From positions 16,708,633 to 16,772,632 of the forward strand of contig OZ037769.1 of assembly GCA_964035545.1 (NCBI GenBank): a stretch of DNA of 64,000 nucleotides, written 5' to 3'. Source of the DNA: Bugula neritina. Lineage: Eukaryota > Animalia > Bryozoa. Position numbers and translations under genes: made by a program. Below the pieces are notes generated by a model that was not told where the DNA came from, did no database searches, and saw only the letters and a program-made list of their open reading frames with translations. Shown here piece by piece: positions 34,293-47,100 of the stretch (position 1 is the stretch's first letter; every line of letters starts with the position of its first letter).

Positions 34293-35103
34293 GCGGCATC
34301 CTGTAAAATTGGCATAAGTAAAATCTGCACAAGTGAAAAGACCATGGGTAAAAAGGGCATAGGTAAAAGGGCATAGGTAAAAGGGCATAGGTAAAAAGTG
34401 CATGGGTAAAACTGGCACAGGTGAAAATGGAACATCTTTAATGTTGGGGTAAAGGTTGAGGTTTGAGGTGGGGGATTTTGAGTTAGGGTGGGGATTTAGT
34501 GTCATCCCAGATAGACACTTCCCAGTTAAACGCTATTTATTTATTTTGGTGCGATATATATTTTATGTGCAATTTATATGAATATCATTGGAATATTCGT
34601 ATATTTAAATAAATTTGGATCAAACTGTTTGCTATTTAGAACATAAATAAATTTCTTTGATCTGCATTAACCTATTAAATTTGTATATATTCTATACTTC
34701 TTGTTGTTTGAAAAAAAATATATTTCTTCAAGTATCCATTAAAGATAATTTCTATTATTAATGTATTACTGTTTTTTCCCCAACACAGATGGGGGGAAAA
34801 TGGGCTATTATTCCAGATACTTTATATTAGGTATTATAGCTATAATTAGCATATTAGCTATTTAGCAATCAATACAACAGTTATATACATTACATGGTAC
34901 CAAAATAAAAATAGCGTTTAACTGGGAAGCGCCTATCTGGGATGAAAATCCGGGATTTGGGTTTGAGTGTGGATGTTTGGGGTAGGGTTTTGGGGTTCAA
35001 GGTTTGGGTTTGGGCAGATTTAACATTAGTGTTCCATTTTTACCTACTTTTCCGTTTGTGCCATTACTACCTGTTCCATTATTGCATGTGCCATTTTTAC
35101 CGC
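34293..35103. mobile_element. Foldback-like non-autonomous element with inverted ~15-bp subterminal arrays and a telomere-like core, interrupted by a nested MITE
   Basis: Left arm has (ggtaaaagggcata)n-type units, the right arm inverted tgccatttttacc units, and the centre is G-rich ggtt(t/a)g(a/g)g. It is split by the 34498-34950 MITE. Confidence 0.65.
34498..34950. mobile_element. MITE with ~40-bp TIR and 8-bp TSD (Merlin-like termini), copy 1
   Basis: gtgtcatcccagatagacacttcccagttaaacgctattt ... aaatagcgtttaactgggaagcgcctatctgggatga; TSD tgggattt / cgggattt. Confidence 0.85.
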
Positions 35104-35375
35104 TTCATTTTTAGATCTTTGAGTTTTACATAAAACCGTTATCTGCTTAACACATACCTTTCAGCAACTAGAATGTTGTGTGTAAATCAGCTATAAATAG
35201 TCAAGATATATAACCAGAAAGGCATATCTTGTAGATGACTTCTTTTAATTTTACCAACTATGCAGGTGAATTAATTTCAAATAACAATAATTAAGGTGTT
35301 ATTGCATAATTTGAGTATAGCACAAATTTCTATGTACTGCTCATTGCTTTTATTTTGTTTATACCGGTTCATAAT

Positions 35376-35840
35376 CACCGGCTTTCCATGTACCGATCTC
35401 AGATTGATCTCAGCGAGATCGATCCATGGAAAGACCTCAAAGATTGATCTCAGTTTTTCTGAGCTGGTCGGTCTGTAGAGCTCAAACTCAAATCGATCTC
35501 AAGACCATGGAAAGACGAAAGATCGATCTGAGAAGTAGAAAAATGACTGCTCGCTAAAATGTTGTCTGCTAATAAAAATGATAACTTATTGTTAATTACT
35601 AAGCAAAGTACTTAATAATTAAGATAGCCACCTTTTCAGGTGGCAAACTTTGACTTTCAGTACAATGATTAAGAAAACTTAATTATGTAAAATTATAGAC
35701 GGTAGAAGATACAAAAAGTGGGAGCATTTAAATTGAATTTAAACGACTAGTATAATGCACTGTCATCAGTTATTTGCTGCGTAATTTAAAGCCTACGTAA
35801 TAATCCCGTAAGTTTATGAATAATCTGCACAACAGCTATT
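35376..35840. mobile_element. Non-autonomous DNA transposon fragment (5' part); same family as 50850-51603
   Basis: Begins caccggctttccatg, the reverse complement of catggaaagccggtg at the end of the 50850-51603 copy; ~400 bp of shared internal sequence rich in gatctc/catggaaa. Confidence 0.7.
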
Positions 35841-36113
35841 AATCCGTAGAAAGCCCGTAAATGTTGGTAGCTTATTAGGTTTTGCACTTTAACCTACTTG
35901 CCCGGTAGAGCTTCACTACAGTTGGAGGCTAATATATTATAGCAGTAGGCTAGTGGGCTTTTAGAATAACTTGTTTGCCTGTAAGAGACTGCCTGATCAA
36001 CTCTACAATGGGAAGAGTCTTGTATAAACATAGGATGGATAGGAGGCATTCAAAATTTTAAGGAACATTTTTAAAAAGATTGCATAACTGTAAAACCAAC
36101 TGTTTAAACAATC

Positions 36114-36462
36114 GGTGTCATCCCAGTTAAATTTCTCACTAAGATGCTTCCCACATGGACGCTTGTTGTTTAGCATATAAATAAATTCCTTTGATTTGTA
36201 TTAACTTCTATACTTCTTGTTGTTTCAAAAGATATTTTGTTAATAATTATTCATTAAAGATAATGTCTATTATTATTGTATTATTGTTTTTTGTCTCGCC
36301 CAAATCTGTGAAAACTGGACTATTATTCCAAATAATTTACTTTTAGCTATTTTAGCTATTTAGCAATTCAACTGGTACAACAGTTATATAGGTAGCAAAA
36401 TATTAAATAGCCGGTAACTGGGAAGCGTCTATAAGTGGAAATTTTCCAAGTGGGATAAAACC
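36114..36462. mobile_element. MITE, Merlin-like family copy 2 (internally deleted)
   Basis: ggtgtcatcccag ... tgggataaaacc with perfect 8-bp TSD aaacaatc. Confidence 0.85.
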
Positions 36463-38189
36463 AAACAATCATTATTTTTTATAAAATAGCTTACTATTTA
36501 TATATATGATTGAAGCATAAGATGCTAATAAAATATTATTTCTTGCAAGCTATAGTGCACATTAGAATTCACACCCCCTCCCCCCTAAATACTATAGGGT
36601 CAATAATTTAATACCCTGAAAGCTAGCAGACTTTGTGACACTTTTTATTGGAACAAAAGCCACAGCTCAGTAGTTTCAAGTTACGGGATAAGTTTTCCTC
36701 AGCATTTAGTTTTGATCTAGTTGCCTAAAGTTGATATACATGGCGCCACAGTGACAAGAAACATGCATGCAAACCCATATGATTGTCATTTTTGTACATT
36801 GGCTCTGCCTATTTATTTATTATTATCCACTCACAACCACTTGGAAAATGAGCTTTTACTGTTGAGCAAGGTTTCTTAACTATTATAAAACCTAAAATTA
36901 ATACAATTCATATGTAATCATATTGCATGGTAAAAACTTATATAATTCCAAAAGCCAGCACTTACTAACGGAAGAGTAGCAGATATATGGGGTAATATTA
37001 GGAAGAAAAAGAAATTCTCACATATGAAAGCATCGTGTTAAAAATAGTAAAACAAGGCAGGAAAAAGCTGACAATATTTTTATTCTTCTAAAGAGCTTGC
37101 TATTTCTTATGTACGTAGGTCTACTGCTTAAACTGTTATGACTTTAACCTTTAACCTTGTCACTTCCGTAAAATGATATACAGCAAGTGCCTACTCTTGC
37201 CTTAAATACCAGGTCAATTATAAAAATAGAGTAACTACATCTAAAACAAGCTTCAATGAGTCGGCTAACTACAGAGACACATATGATGACAAAGGAAGAT
37301 GAATTGGTTTTTGACAAACCCTTAGAAGTTGACTTTAACAAGGGTGGTGGTCAGGCCTTGTTCTTATTTGGCAGCTGCCTGCTGCATAAGAAATTAAACT
37401 AACTAAAGAGTAGCGATAATATGATCATTATTAAGAAGCTAAAAATAAAAATTTCAACAATCTAGGTGCATGGTGTTTGTAACAGCTAAAGGCCATCTCC
37501 TCTCAACTCTTTACAGCTTATAAATCATCAACTGCAGCATTGCTCATTATAACCAAAAATGACTAAAAAAATATTAGCAAGAATTTTTTTAAAGCTTAAG
37601 CCACATGTTTATATTTTTTTATAAAAATCCATTGAAATACATATAATATTATTATGTGTGCTATCTAGGCTGTGCCCATTTGTTTTGTGTGGCAATTGTA
37701 GATTTTATGTGACAGCCAAACTCTGATATTGTTGAATTAGTTTTGATAACTAAATTAAAGGACATACGATCATGGTTAGCTGAACTTTCAACTATATAAA
37801 CAAAGTGTCCATGTGTAATATCAATATGCATTGCGAGATCATTACGTGATTTTATAATTATTTTATATTATTATTGTCGATAGTCGATATGTATAAAATG
37901 GAGTAGTCTTCCCAAATTTGCTTTGGATAAGTACTGTCATGTCTATATAACATCGCGTGTGTATATTATTATAACGGCCAAACGATGGTTGCTGAGCGGC
38001 TTTGTATAGTACTAAAAAACAGCTAATCCCTTCAAATTTATTAAACTAACTGCTTCCGGATTTTAAAATCTGCAATTGTATCACTTTGACTATTCATTTT
38101 GGACTTGACACTGACAGTTAGCAATCAATTTGATAACAATCCATACTTTTTACTATTTTTTAAAAGGCATTACTTATAATTTTAAAAAT

Positions 38190-41100
38190 ATGAATAAGGA
38201 AACAATAACGTTTCAAATTGGTCACTTATCGAACTTTGTAGGAGCTCATTGGTGGAACCTTCAGGTGTGCGATAATAAATATTAATATAAAATTAAATAA
38301 TAAATATAATTAAATTAAATTTAATATAATCTCTTTATTAGTTTATAATATCTGATAGTGGTGGCCATACTCATATTCGTAATCATAGTCATGCTGATAG
38401 TGATAAGTGATGATCAGTCTCAATTTGAACCTTATACTTATACTTATACTTAATAACTTATCCTTATAGTTATAGTTATACTGACTTATAGTTATACCAA
38501 CAATTCTAACTTCTAAGTCTACCCTTATTGCCTATTGTCTAACAACTAATTTTAGTCTTACATTTACACACTCGCATTGATAGTGACAATCACTGCTGAT
38601 TCTTAAGTTTGTTTTATATCGCATTTTGATATACCATAGTTTCAAATGGACTGTGTTTTTTAAATGAGTTTCAAACTTGTTCATGTTGTAGGAAAAGCTA
38701 TAGTTCATTTTGCTTCTGTATTCCTAATTAATTTGTATTTTATTGCTCATTCCCAAATATATTGTTTGATACTCTTATGTATTACAATCTTGTGTTATGA
38801 ATTAAAGGCAAAGCCATATGATAAACTCAAGTTACTTAAGAAGTCTTATGTATTTTATTCATTTCCAACTAAATAATTCACTCTTACTATGAAACATAGT
38901 CAGTGACAAGTCTAAGCTATTAGTATTAATAACAGTACCACTGTAGTAATTTATGTAACTACTATGCGTGGGTTCCTAGCTTGTAATTATGTCTATTTAT
39001 CTACACCAATAAAGTATTTAGGTAAAAGCTTCCAAGTTTATTTACTACTAATTATATAAAAGATACAGCACGTACACAGATTAGAGATTACATCTTCGCT
39101 TAGTTAACACGCTCTCTCTACTGCAAAACTACTACTAACTAAGGCCTATCACGTGACGCACTTGGATAGGCTGAAGGAATGCGGGGGACGCGCGTATTAC
39201 GTCCTCACTACACCGCCCCCTCCAGCAGAAAGCCCTACTTTCTGATAACACAGATTAGATAATTCGAACATAAAATGTTATAAAACTATATATATATAAA
39301 AAAACTGAGAGAGCGTGTGGCACATAAAGAAAAACATGGCTATGTACAGTAGTAAGAACATATACATATATAAAAAAATATAACAGTAAATGTACAATGG
39401 CACCGGCGGGAGGCACTATAAGGGAATAGTTTGTAGAGGTAGCTGTATACTGGTAGGTTACTATATTGTTACACTGAGTAATTGTCTGTGAGCACTGGCG
39501 TGAGAAGGGTCTGTAATGGGGCACCACCTGCTGTACCATCACGGATAGGGAAAGGAGGGACATCACCTTCAAGCACTTCCTTTCATTCGGGCTACAGAGG
39601 CAGAGAGGGCCCGGAGTTCTGATGCGGCGGCGGAGATTCTTGGTGTCAGTCTTTGCACCTCTTTCTCTAATTCTCGTATCCGCTCTTCTGCCTCGCCTAG
39701 ATTCCTGGCGGGGGCAGAGTGTCGATTGGGGGATGAAGATGGCCAACGCCGCTTACGAGACGGCCTTGGGGAAACAGGGGGGGAGGGACGCCATCGCTGT
39801 GGTATATCGATGCGTCGTAACACGACTCTTGGTATAGAGTCGGGGTGAGGCACTGTGCGTGCGGGGGGTGAGGAATGGGATATGCGTGGTTTCCTATATC
39901 CGGGTGGTTTAGGGCAGGGTCCCTGTGTGATGGTCCTGGGTGCGGGGAACTCCTGGCGCAGCCGTTCATATCGAACTGGGTCTGATATGAACGGTCGGAT
40001 GAGATTGAGGAATTGTGGAAAGGAGGATTCGTCGACTTCGAATAGGTGTCCAATATGGCATCCCATGGTTCGTTGGTGACGGAGGATGTAGTCCCTGTGG
40101 TAACTATATTCACCACAGGGACAAAAGGTGGTGAAGTAATGTTGGGGAATATGAACTCGGAGTCTTCGTGGGGTAGTGAAGTGAAGCTGGCATAAACGGC
40201 AGGTGGTGCATTGGCGGTCTCCTTTGTGCTCTCGTATCAGTGTTTCCGTATCTGTTGTAACCCAGCATGATTGTTGTAGGAGTGCCTCCGGAAGAGTAGT
40301 GGGAACGGGTTCCTCGTTCCAAGCCATTTCTAGTGACGGCATGTCACCAGATAGAGGAGAGAGAGCGGTATCTAAAAGAGCAGAATTACTGTTAGATCGG
40401 ATATGATCTTTACACCATAATTCTGATGACAACCGACTGTTACTAGTCTGGGAGTCATACATCTTTTCAGATAGCACTCGAGGGACTGAGTCGTGTCGTG
40501 TAGACTGACAGAGAGACATAGTGTCAAGCTCCAGATCTAGTAGATCGTCGGCCATCTTTATGTTCTCGTCGCCTTTCACGTAGGACTCAGTCCCCAGTAG
40601 TTGTGATTCAATCAAGGCGATTAAATCAGAACTGACTGATGGTAGACTGGTTTCCATGAGTGGAAATGTTAGCTCAGAGCAAGCTTACCTGAGAACCCGG
40701 TATTTGTAATCATACTCAGCGTTCAAGCTTGGATGTCCGTGGATTGAGTTTGAATGCGTCTTCCCTTGACAACGTCAGCGTACGAAAAGACTGGGCAGCG
40801 TGGTTGTTGCGCACGGCTGGAACTATTTGCCTCGGGCGTAGTAGTTTTGTTTACTACTCCGCCTTCGCAAAAGTTGAGATTTCCGTGGTGTTCACAACTC
40901 CCACGCTTTGTTGCCAGTCTTTCCGTACGGCGCCCAGCTAGACTTTCATAACTGCCGTTTGTAACACGGTCACATATGAAATCTTTAAGGTATGCTGGGG
41001 GTTGTCTAGTACGCTGTCCCCGTTCCAGGGGAGGTGACGCATCAGCTGGAGAGGGAGTTATAGCTGTTGGTTGGGGCGGCGTACTCACTGGTGGGCTATT

Positions 41101-44100
41101 TTGCTCCACCTGTGGTGTTTCTGGCCCGCCGTTGGTGGTGGTGTTCCCCTCTCTGCTGTTGTCTCCAGATGGAGCCCCTCCCACGGGGGGGTTTTGCACT
41201 TCCGGACGCGGATGCGGAACCGGAAGTGGTGGGGGTAGACTTGGTACTGGGGGCGGTGGGCGCACTTCCGTTGGTGGGAGTGGCGTCTCCTGCCTCACTA
41301 AGTCCTCTCCCCGCGGCACAACCACTTCAAATTCTGGTCCATGCCGTTGCCGCCCACGCGTTACTGTCTGCCTCCTGGGCTCCAACAACGGGGGGGGCTG
41401 CTCCTGCTGCTCCTGGGCTAGCCCAATACGGTTTCAAGCGGGCTTCGTTCTGGACAGAGACCTGTCCAGATCGCTCCAACTTGTACGTATGATTGGGCAT
41501 AGCCTCAACTACTACGTAGGGTCCCACAAACTTAGGCTGGAGCTTAGCCGCTTGTCCTCGACGCCTACGGTAGTTGATCATCCACACCCAGTCCCCAGTT
41601 CGATAGAGGGGTGGTTCCTGAGAGTCCTCTCGCCGTACCTGCCACTGCTTTGCCCGCAGTATTTCGTGTGCGGCCCTCAGGTCCTCTATCAATTTACTGG
41701 CATACTCGTGGATGGTATAGTCCTGCTCTGGGATGTGGTATGTGAGGTGGTCAGGCACTCGCGTCTCTCGACCGAGCATCAGGAGGTTAGGGGTTTCCCC
41801 CGTACTGGTGTGTGGTGTACTACGGTAGGCCCGCATGACTTGCGGTAGTACCGTATCCCACTCCTCCTGACCCCGGCCGAGGAGCAGGCTGCGCAGTGCA
41901 TCGCCCAACATGCGATTGTTGCGTTCTACCACCCCGTTGCCCTGAGGATGGTACGGGGTGGTCCTGCTTTGGTTTACTCCCCAGAGGCGGCAGAGGTCGC
42001 TCAACAGTTGGGACTGGAATTGAGCCCCCTGGTCCGAATGTATTTGCTCAGGTAGTCCAAGATAGCAGAATACATTTTGGTCCAGCACCCTGGCCACCGT
42101 GGGGGCGGACGCATCTGGAATAGCCAGGGCATCCGCCCACCGTGTAAAGTGGTCGGTTAATACTAGGATCCAACTGTTTCCCCTGGGGGTGACGGGCATG
42201 GGTCCGACTAGGTCGATAGCTACCACCTGCCATGGCCTTCCAGCATATAGCCGACGCCGTCCCGCTTCACCAGGGAGACGGCCATGCTTGCTGGCCTGGC
42301 AGATTTCGCATTGTCTGACTCTACGCCGCACCTCACGCTCCATGCCGGGCCAGTACCACCGGAGTTGTAACTTGGAGAGAACCCTGCTCACCCCGGCGTG
42401 GGCTTGCTTGTGGGTGTCCCATACTAACTCCCGGCGTATGGCGGCTGGGCAGATCACCCTTTTTCTGCCGTATTGGTTGTTGTGAGCAGCCACTGTGATG
42501 GTCAGCAGACCATCTGGCCCGATCCGCAGGGAATCCCAACGTTGGCAGTACAACCGTAACTCGGTGCATCCCTGCCGCAGTTGTTCTTCACTGGGTTGCC
42601 GCCCCTCCTTTTTTGGCACGATATACGTCGGCTACCACTCCAGGGAGGTCCTCCTGAAGTCTTCGTAGCTCTCTAACGTTATCAGCCAAGACAGGATTGG
42701 CACGGAGGCGTTGGATAGCCTCCGGGGGCGTAGAGGCCTTCTGTAGGAGTTGACCCTGGTCCCAGTCATACTCCGTTTCAGAGTGATTCAGTGCTCTCAA
42801 CTCGGATTTTGGAGGACCTCCGTCCCTCTTCTCGATGTTGAGGCACTGTTTACACCCCTCGTCCGGTCGCCGGCTCAGCCCATCAGCATTGCCGTGTTTC
42901 TTACCGGGTCGGTGTTCGATCCGGTAAGAGAACTCGGCCAGGACCTCGAGCCATCGGGCGACTTGGCTGGACGGTTCTGCTCTCTTACATAACCAAATCA
43001 AGGAGGCGTGGTCGGTCCGCAAGCGGAACTTCCTGCCGTATAGATAAGGTCTGAAATGCTTCACCGACTTGATTACTGCCAGCAATTCCTTTCGGGTAGT
43101 GCAGTAATTTCGTTCAGTGGGCGAGAGAGACTTACTGTAGTAGGCCACGACTACTTCGCGGCCCTCCTGCACCTGGGACAGCACAGCGCCGACATTTTGG
43201 TCACTGGCGTCAGTATCGAGGATGTACTCCAGGGCAGGGTCTGGATAGGCCAGGATAGGGGCCTCCAGCAGGCGGCCTTTGAGGCAGTCGAACGCTCTCT
43301 GTTCGACGGGAGTCCACTGCCAGGTCACCCCCTTTGCGGTGAGCCGGTTTAACGGCTGCGCTACCCCCGCAAAGTCTGGTATGTATTGCCTGTAATACCC
43401 TACCAGCCCCAGGAAAGCCCGTAGCCCGGTCAAATCCTGGGGGGTTACCCAATCTTCTATAGCTCGTACCTTTTCAGGATCCGTCGCCACGCCGTGGCGG
43501 CCGACGATGTGCCCCAGGTACTTCACCTCTGGCTGCAAGAGAGCGCACTTGGAGGGTTTGAGCTTCAGATTGGCGCCTCGGAGTCGATCGAAGACCTCCC
43601 GCAGACGGCTAACGTGCGTCTGAAAGTCTGGGGAGATCACGATGACGTCGTCGAGGTACACTAGCAGTGTCTTCCAGTGGAGTCCACTGAGGACCTGTTC
43701 CATGAGCCGCTGGAACGTGGCGGGGGCGGAAGTCAGTCCGAAGGGGAGGACTTTCCACTTCCATAAGCCGTCCCGCGTGATGAACGCCGCCTTCTCCTGG
43801 GCGTCTGGGCTGAGGGGGACCTGCCAATAGCCGCTCAACAAGTCTAGCGTACTGAAGTACTTGCTGCCGGCTAAGGCGTCCAGAGATTCGTCGATCCTGG
43901 GTAAGGGGTAGGCGTCCTGTATGGTCACGCTATTGAGCTTGCGATAATCCACACAGAACCGCCAACTGCCGTCTTTCTTTCGGACCAGAACGACCGGTGA
44001 ACTCCACGCGCTATGCGCTGGCTCGATGAGGCCGCGGTCCAAAAGATCCCGGACTTGTTGGCTTACCTCCTTTTCCTTCTCGGGTCCCAGCCTCCTGGTG

Positions 44101-47100
44101 GGCTGCCGAATAGGGGTAGTCCCTGCAGCCAGCGGTATCTCATGACGGACGGCCGTGGTCAGGCCGACGTCATGGTCCCCACTGCTGAACACGTCGCTAT
44201 AATCACGTAGCAACTGAGCCATAGTCTGGCGTTCCACGTTGCCCGTGCAGCCGTTACACGCTGCCTGGTATAGCTCTTTGACGTGTGATGGGACGGTCCC
44301 CCGCCTAACTGACGGGCTCTGTTGGGGACCTTCCGTCGCAGCTCCCAGCGACGGCCCTACATCCTCCTCCTGGATGGAGTGGAAGCGACCCAGCATGGAT
44401 CCTGACGGTAATTGTACCGCTTCGGAGAAGGGGTTGACACACTGCACCAAGATCTCTCCTCGGTCAGTCAGCCGGTTAAGACTGCTGGCGAGTTGGATTC
44501 TAGAGTGCGCACCTTCGACAACCCCTAGCCCCGAGAGTTGGCTATTGTTCACTCTGCAGTGAACGGTAGCCCGGGAGCGGCCGGGTATAGTACAGTTGCG
44601 TACTACCTGCACACCTCCCGCTAGAGGACGACCGAACTTGTCGACACAGGTGAGCTCTTTGCCGCCCATTAGCATGGCTGACTTGCTAAAGTCAATATGG
44701 CACCCGTGTCTCTTCAAGAACGGCATCCCTAGTATGGCATCTTCCTCCAGTGGGCTGATGACGAAGGTTTCCTGAATGGCTTGGTCGCGGACGCGCCCAG
44801 CCAATTCGATGATACCGTAGAAAGGAATCCGTGACCCGTCAGCTAGGGTGCCCGGTTCCCCGGTATAGGGAGCTAAGGCTCCCCTCTCCTTGAGAGGGAG
44901 GGTGTCGAAGACCCGACGGCTGAGGATATTAGTGGTACACCCGGAGTCCAACAGGAAGGTGACGGCTTTACCGGCCACCTTCCCTGGCAAGAAGTAGCTG
45001 CCTCCGTGAGGTTGTACCCGTATTCCCCCAGCGTGCTCGATCTCGGCCGAACGGGGCTGTGCCCGTTTGTTCCGCGGTTTGCGGGGCCGGTGAGAGTTTC
45101 CTTGCGGGGAGGTGTTCTGATCCTCCCCGATGCCCTGAGGGGCCTCGCTGGTCTGTTCCATTACTGGTAACGGACTGAAGCGGTTGGTGAGAGGCAGAGA
45201 GAAGGGGTCTCGTGGTCGACCTGGTTGGCTGGTGCGGCGAGGTGTTTGCCATTGACGGGGGGTGTGTCGCTGGGCCCGTACGGGCTCCTGGCGACACCCA
45301 CCCCGTTTTTCTCTCTGCTTGTGTCCGCGGAGCTCTGGGGGTCTCCGGGGAGGTTGTGGTTTCTGCTGCCGTTTGAATCGTGGGCCGCTCAGGGGGCGGT
45401 GTCCCTGATTGCCGCTTTCCCAGCGTCGCATCATGGGTCTGGGGGGTTTTGCTGCCGTCCTCTTACTCTTCCTTGAGTGGTTGTATGTTATCGTCGCCAC
45501 CAATTGTCCCAGTCTAGTCATCAAGCGGCTTATCTCCGTCTCTATGGGGGTTTTAGTGGTCGCGGCAGCTATGCGGACCGGATGGTCTGGTTCCCTAGAG
45601 GGCTGGGGCGTGGCCTCCTCCGTCTTATAGAGTTGTTCGGCTCCAGCGTAGGCCTTGTTCTCTTGGATTGCAGCCTCAATTGTGGTCACTCCCTTTGCTT
45701 GTAACTGGTGGTGGAAGTCCAAAGAATTGAGAGACTGTACAAAGGCTTCGAATGTGTAGTGCCGTCTGTGTGTTTCTGGCAGATCGCTATACGCGGTCCG
45801 TGCCAGTCTCTGCACCAGAGTGGCGTGGTCAGAAAGCGGTGTACATGTCTTGCGGAGTAATCCTCGCAGTCTGGACTTGGCGACGGCAACGGGCATGCCA
45901 AAACGGGCCCGTAGTGTAGCAATGATCCCGTTTATGCTAGGCTTCCACCCGTACGGCTTGGCTTCTCCCGTCAGTGCCATCCGCAGTTTTGTAAGGGTTA
46001 CTCTTAGCGGCCATCTTGCAATGGCGGCAGTTTCACGGAATTCTTGAACGAATTGTTCAATATCCTCGCAGCCTGTGAACACGGGAACCTCCAACATGTT
46101 CCTATATACCTCCTCTCCAGCTCCGAGAGGGCCTATAATAATGTTCTGCTCACCTCCTTCCATTGAAGTTACTCCCTCGTCCATGATGTTCTAATACTTC
46201 TCATTGTTCTCATACAGTAGCTAGAAATCCCACCGCTGCCACCACTGTAGTAATTTATGTAACTACTATGCGTGGGTTCCTAGCTTGTAATTATGTCTAT
46301 TTATCTACACCAATAAAGTATTTAGGTAAAAGCTTCCAAGTTTATTTACTACTAATTATATAAAAGATACAGCACGTACACAGATTAGAGATTACATCTT
46401 CGCTTAGTTAACACGCTCTCTCTACTGCAAAACTACTACTAACTAAGGCCTATCACGTGACGCACTTGGATAGGCTGAAGGAATGCGGGGGACGCGCGTA
46501 TTACGTCCTCACTACACCACTACCAGTAAAGTCCACTAGTACTAGTTACTGACTCTAATTTATGTATTCTATTAACTTTACCACTCATGATGTTTATAAT
46601 AATTGTTTCACTGATTGATTGTTTACTGTCAACTTATCTGGCAATATTTATATTTAATTATTAAATAAAGTAACGAGAAAATTTATATACAGGAAGCTTC
46701 ATTTGTGTATGAAGGAAGTGGCTCAGGTGGCGAAAAAGCTGAAATTAATCACGATGTTACATTTCGAGAAGGTTTAAATCTTAAGGTAACAACATTTACC
46801 CTGTTTTATTTATTTTTTATTAACTTGTCTATCATTAGTGGCTATATCTCATATATAATAAGGTCACCAAGTAGTCTACACACTTGTCAATGACTACACT
46901 TGTTTTACCAACTATTCAACCAATCAGAATTATGCTATGTTGTGCTACAAACTAGATTTTAGTAACCAGTGTTCCAAACTCCCATGTGTGTGTGTATAAA
47001 TAGTGAGTGTGTTGCTGTGTGAACCAGGGGGAAGTGACTTACACTCCACGACTCATTGCTGTTGATCTGTCGGAAGCGCTTCACTGTCTCAAACAGGAAG

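Larger units (their letters stand above)
38942..46516 (-). mobile_element. Full-length Ty3/gypsy LTR retrotransposon (7575 bp) in misato intron 1, antisense to the host gene
   Basis: Identical TG...CA LTRs 38942-39212 and 46246-46516, 4-bp TSD CCAC, PBS and PPT present, domain order Gag-PR-RT-RH-IN. Confidence 0.97.

Noticed and set aside
37257-37403. 48-codon ORF (MSRLTTETH...DKPLEVDFNKGGGQ)
   Set aside because: No recognisable motif or supporting splice structure.
38937-38941. accac precedes both LTR copies, suggesting longer LTRs
   Set aside because: At the 5' LTR these bases belong to the tRNA-Leu PBS. TG...CA ends and the CCAC duplication fix the boundaries, so the match is treated as coincidence.
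39569-40657. ORF3 as an envelope gene (errantivirus-like)
   Set aside because: No signal peptide, fusion peptide or TM anchor.
39255-46047. Many overlapping or antisense ORFs in the retrotransposon (e.g. 40976-41848, 39255-39746)
   Set aside because: Expected in GC-rich coding DNA; no motifs, and explained by the pol/ORF3 frames.
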